Source: the human T2T-CHM13v2.0 reference genome, Homo sapiens | Length of the DNA: 64,000 nt | Assembly (NCBI RefSeq): GCF_009914755.1 | Contig: NC_060946.1 | Strand: one strand, 5' to 3' | Part shown: positions 60,067 through 64,000 of the stretch, piece by piece | Numbering within the stretch: the stretch's first letter is position 1 | How the letters are laid out: each line of letters begins with the position of its first letter | The notes under the pieces: model-generated | The model's database searches: none | What the model saw: only the letters and a program-made list of their open reading frames with translations | Told to the model about the DNA's origin: nothing | Position numbers and translations under genes: made by a program

Positions 60067-63000
60067 TGAATTTTGATGTCTGTGAAAATATTTTCCATTC
60101 CATAAATCGAATTAAATTAAATGACCAATTTCCCCATTTTACAGAGAAGGAAACTGGGTCAACAGAATCTGCAGGCTCCTCTCCCACAAGGCCCAGGGTG
60201 ATGGCAGAATGGTGAGGGAAGGGGACCTGCCACCAGGCATCCTTGGGAGGGCGCTCCCCTTGGCTTCCTGATTGAATGCTCAGCTGCCTCTCCAGTTTGC
60301 AGATGTGGAAATGGAGGCAAAGAGTGCGAGAAGGACACCCCAGGCTCACTGGCTGGGGTACAGTGGGGACCTAACACCCTCCTTGAGCCCTGTCACCACA
60401 CAATGCCACCCCCAGCTAGGCATGACCAATTTCTCATTTTACTGGCGCCGGCCTTCTTCAGCGTCAACTTTCTGGTCGTTTGACCAAAGTGGACCATTGT
60501 TTCCCCAAATTACACTTTAATAAAAAAAAAAGAAGAAAAGCTAAGCCGATTGAATGATGGTCACGGGACTGGACAATTTCAAAGCAGAGTTATTGGGGAC
60601 TTGACTCAGCTGGCCATGCCATTCATTAGATTACTTGGAGAGTTGACTTTAAATTTAGTAGGCATTGAATTCACTGGCTTTCTGAATAGGCCTGGATTTG
60701 GAAAGAAATTCAATTAACTGGTTCTTTGACTAAATTAACAGGGTTCTTTTTCTGATTGAATTATGGCAGTTTCTTGGAAGACTTCACTTGCCTCTTCCCC
60801 GAAGCTTCCGTGGACCTTACCAGGGAGTCCTGAGGGCCGTGGGCGAGTCCCGCAGCTCCAGCGGCTGATTCTGAAGGCTGCTTCCTTCCGAGTTGGGCCC
60901 TGGGCCACTTCTCCTAGGAGCCCCTTCCTCTGGGTCCACACTGGGTGCTAGCGAGGTGTTTCTAGGACTGTTTCCCCAGCAGGCTCTCAGCTCTTTCGGG
61001 ACAGGGACTGTGGGGCTCACCTGGGTCCGGGCGCTGGACAGAGGTCTTAGCTCAAAGCAGGGGCTGGGGCAGGATGGGAGTGAATTCAGTGGAACCGACC
61101 CCAGGCCTTCTGATTCCAAGGCTGAGGGACTCACGCTTCTGCCCCACTGGGACATCGAGCTTAGTTCTTCTCTCAGACAAGGCAGGTGCTTCCCAATTGA
61201 CTCCAGTCATCCACCACCCCACCCCATTCCGGCCAGCAATGAGCACCCACAAGGCCAGATCTCCAAAGTGCACCAGGCTTTACAGTTTACAAAGAGCTCC
61301 CACCTTCTCTCTGTAATCCTCAGAACGGTCCATGAAGGCAAGGGGGTCTCTTCCCTCTTTTACAGTTGAATGGCCCAGGGCTCCCAGAGGGGCTAGGCCT
61401 TGCCTAAGGTCACGTGGCCAGTGGGCAGGGAATATCAGGACTCCAGGCTGAGCCCAGGAGGTGTGCAGAGATCATAGGGGGCCCTCATCCTGTGCTAGAA
61501 GCAAGGAGGGATGAGGGCTGGAGGGTTTCAGCTCACGGAACACAAGGTTCAGCTGAGCTGGGGTCGGTAGAAGGTCAGAGAGGATGCCCGGCACTCCCAG
61601 GAGGTGACAGGTGGCCACAGGAGTGGGAGGGGGAAACGGAAGAGGACTTGCTCACTCAAGTGTCAGCAGATCCGAGGGCCTGCCAGGGGCATGAGCAGGA
61701 GCCTGGCGGACCCCCCCGCAGACTGCTGCCCTCAAGAGATGCAGGGCCAGGGGTGAGGAGGAGGCAGGGAGGCTACTCACCCTTGCTTTGCAGGATGAGA
61801 AAAGCTGCGGAGAAGGAAGAGGGCAGCTCTACCTGGGATGATGGCCAGGAAGGCAGTGCAGAGGCGGTGGCGTTGACCTGGTGGGGAAATGATCATTCTC
61901 CTGGCCAACCCGTGCCCCTCTCTGTCCTAAATGCTTTTCACACTCTGCCCCTGGGAGGCTGGTGTTATTAGCATCCCCACTTAACAATGGCTGGAGAACC
62001 CTGGTGGCAGGGGTCAGTGACTTGCTCAAGGTCACATGGCTAGTCTTGAACCCTGGCAAGGGGGCTACAGGGCCTGGCTCTTGACCCCAGCTGCCTCGGA
62101 GCACAGAGGACCCCCAGGCAGGGGACAGCAAGAGCAAGCCCATGGGGCTGAGAAGGGGTGGCTTTCGGAGGACAGGCTTTTCGCTCACTTTTGCTTTTTG
62201 CCTAAAAGCGGAGGGAAGAGCAAGCTGGAGGTGAGCAGACTCAGTTGAGTCCCCACCATGTGAGCTCCCGACTGTGCAACTCCACCTCTCCAAGCCTCAG
62301 TCTTCCAGTCTATAAGATGGGGCTAAGATTCCCGCCTTGAAGCTTATGAAGACAAAACCCAATGCCTGGTGTATACCAGGTACTCAGGAAAGTGGGTTCC
62401 TGTCCCCCCTCACACCCCTGGGGAGGTCAGGGACAGAGTCTGGAAAGGTCTGTTAGTCCAGGCCACCTTGTATACAGAGAGCAGGCTTGTCACTGGCCAG
62501 AGGCATCCTCCAGAGAAGGAAATTCTTTGAACCTCCAGATGCTGATGGCACGGGGGTGACGGCGGTGATGAGGAGAATGGGGATGAGTATGAAGGCGGTG
62601 ACGAAGAGGGTAATTCTGGTGACTAAGTTCTGGTCACTCCCTGACATTCAGGCAGGCCAGGACAGGCTTGGCTAAGCACTGAGCATAGCTCTGAGAGGCG
62701 GGAGGTGGTGAGTGAGTGTCAGCACCCAGCTAACTCTGCTATGGGGATGATGCACCTGTCACTCTGTCACCTGACCGTGCCCCACCCTCGGGTCATGGCC
62801 TTGATAATTCCCTCTGTCCCCGCTTTTGCTGCTCTGACGGAGCACATCCTGTGGGATTGGCTGCCCAGGAGGCCACATTTCCTAGAAGGGGAGACACCTC
62901 CCTGAGGTCACACAACAAAGCTCGAGCAGGACAGGAACCCAGGGGTCCTGACTCTCTTGGGTTGTCCCTACCAGTCCCACCTCCTCCATGGAGTTCAGAG

Positions 63001-63534
63001 GTTGGACAGGAAGGCTGCAGTGAACCAATCCGTAGGCTGATTCCAGCTGAGCCCCTACTTTGTGTTGGCACCAGGAAGGGCCTGGAATTTGTCAAGACAG
63101 GGCCATCAGAGGATGCCCCTGTGAGCCATCCAGGAGGCAGAGGAGGGAGCAGGGTCAGCCTGCCAGGCTGGGGAAGGGCATTCCTAGAGGAAGGGAAGGC
63201 GAAGGCCAAGGGGTAGCAGGGACGGGCAAGGTATGGAGGTCTAGACGGAAGTAGAGGCTGCTGGGAGGCTGCTCCGAAGCTGCTCCTTGAGCTGGGTACA
63301 GGTGCCCACAGGGCTAGGGCAGGGCCTGCACAAGGAGTGATGGGAGAGGTCAGCGGGTCAAGTGCCAGGAGCCTTAAATGCCAGACCAAAGCCTCTGGAC
63401 TGTGTCTTGTAGACCACAGGGGTCCTAGCAGGTTTTTAGCAGAGGACAGAGCTCAGGGTCTTCCCAGATGGCAGGGATGTGCGTGACAGCTGGGGTAGGT
63501 GCAGGGCGGATGGTAAGACTCTAAGGCTCCCTGA

Positions 63535-64000
<466 letters not shown>

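Noticed and set aside
62453-62647. 64-aa minus-strand ORF with a hydrophobic stretch
   Set aside because: It is the reverse complement of a decayed GGTGAY/GAG low-complexity tract; likely chance

Overview
Human genomic DNA, Alu-dense and GC-rich, containing the complete casein kinase 1 epsilon gene (CSNK1E, chr22q13 by recognition) on the minus strand. I reconstructed nine coding exons by hand (28461 to 7589; 76+111+149+229+171+149+193+140+33 = 1251 nt = 416 aa + stop, all GT-AG). The gene also has a CpG-island first exon with two CGG tracts, an intron in the 3'UTR and a terminal exon with proximal and distal AATAAA signals. The upstream ~32 kb is mostly Alu/L1/L2/MIR, with a second CpG island (~50.3-50.8 kb), a palindromic AT-rich minisatellite (~53.8-54.2 kb) and some minus-strand exon-like segments (~60.5-61.8 kb). 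The most interesting structure is an apparent tail-swapping system at the phase-0 junction after the kinase domain (F295). It offers (i) a 61-nt cassette exon that moves exons 8-10 into a fully open second reading frame, giving a 431-aa protein whose stop is positioned to escape NMD, (ii) a two-exon alternative terminus with its own ATTAAA (369 aa), and (iii) an in-frame intron read-through ending in two hydrophobic segments (453 aa). Also notable are a spliced polyglycine uORF through the CGG repeats that stops one codon before the CK1e ATG, and a tight D-box cluster in intron 1. Some of these isoforms may already be annotated; I could not check databases. Repeat boundaries are approximate (about +/-10-20 bp).
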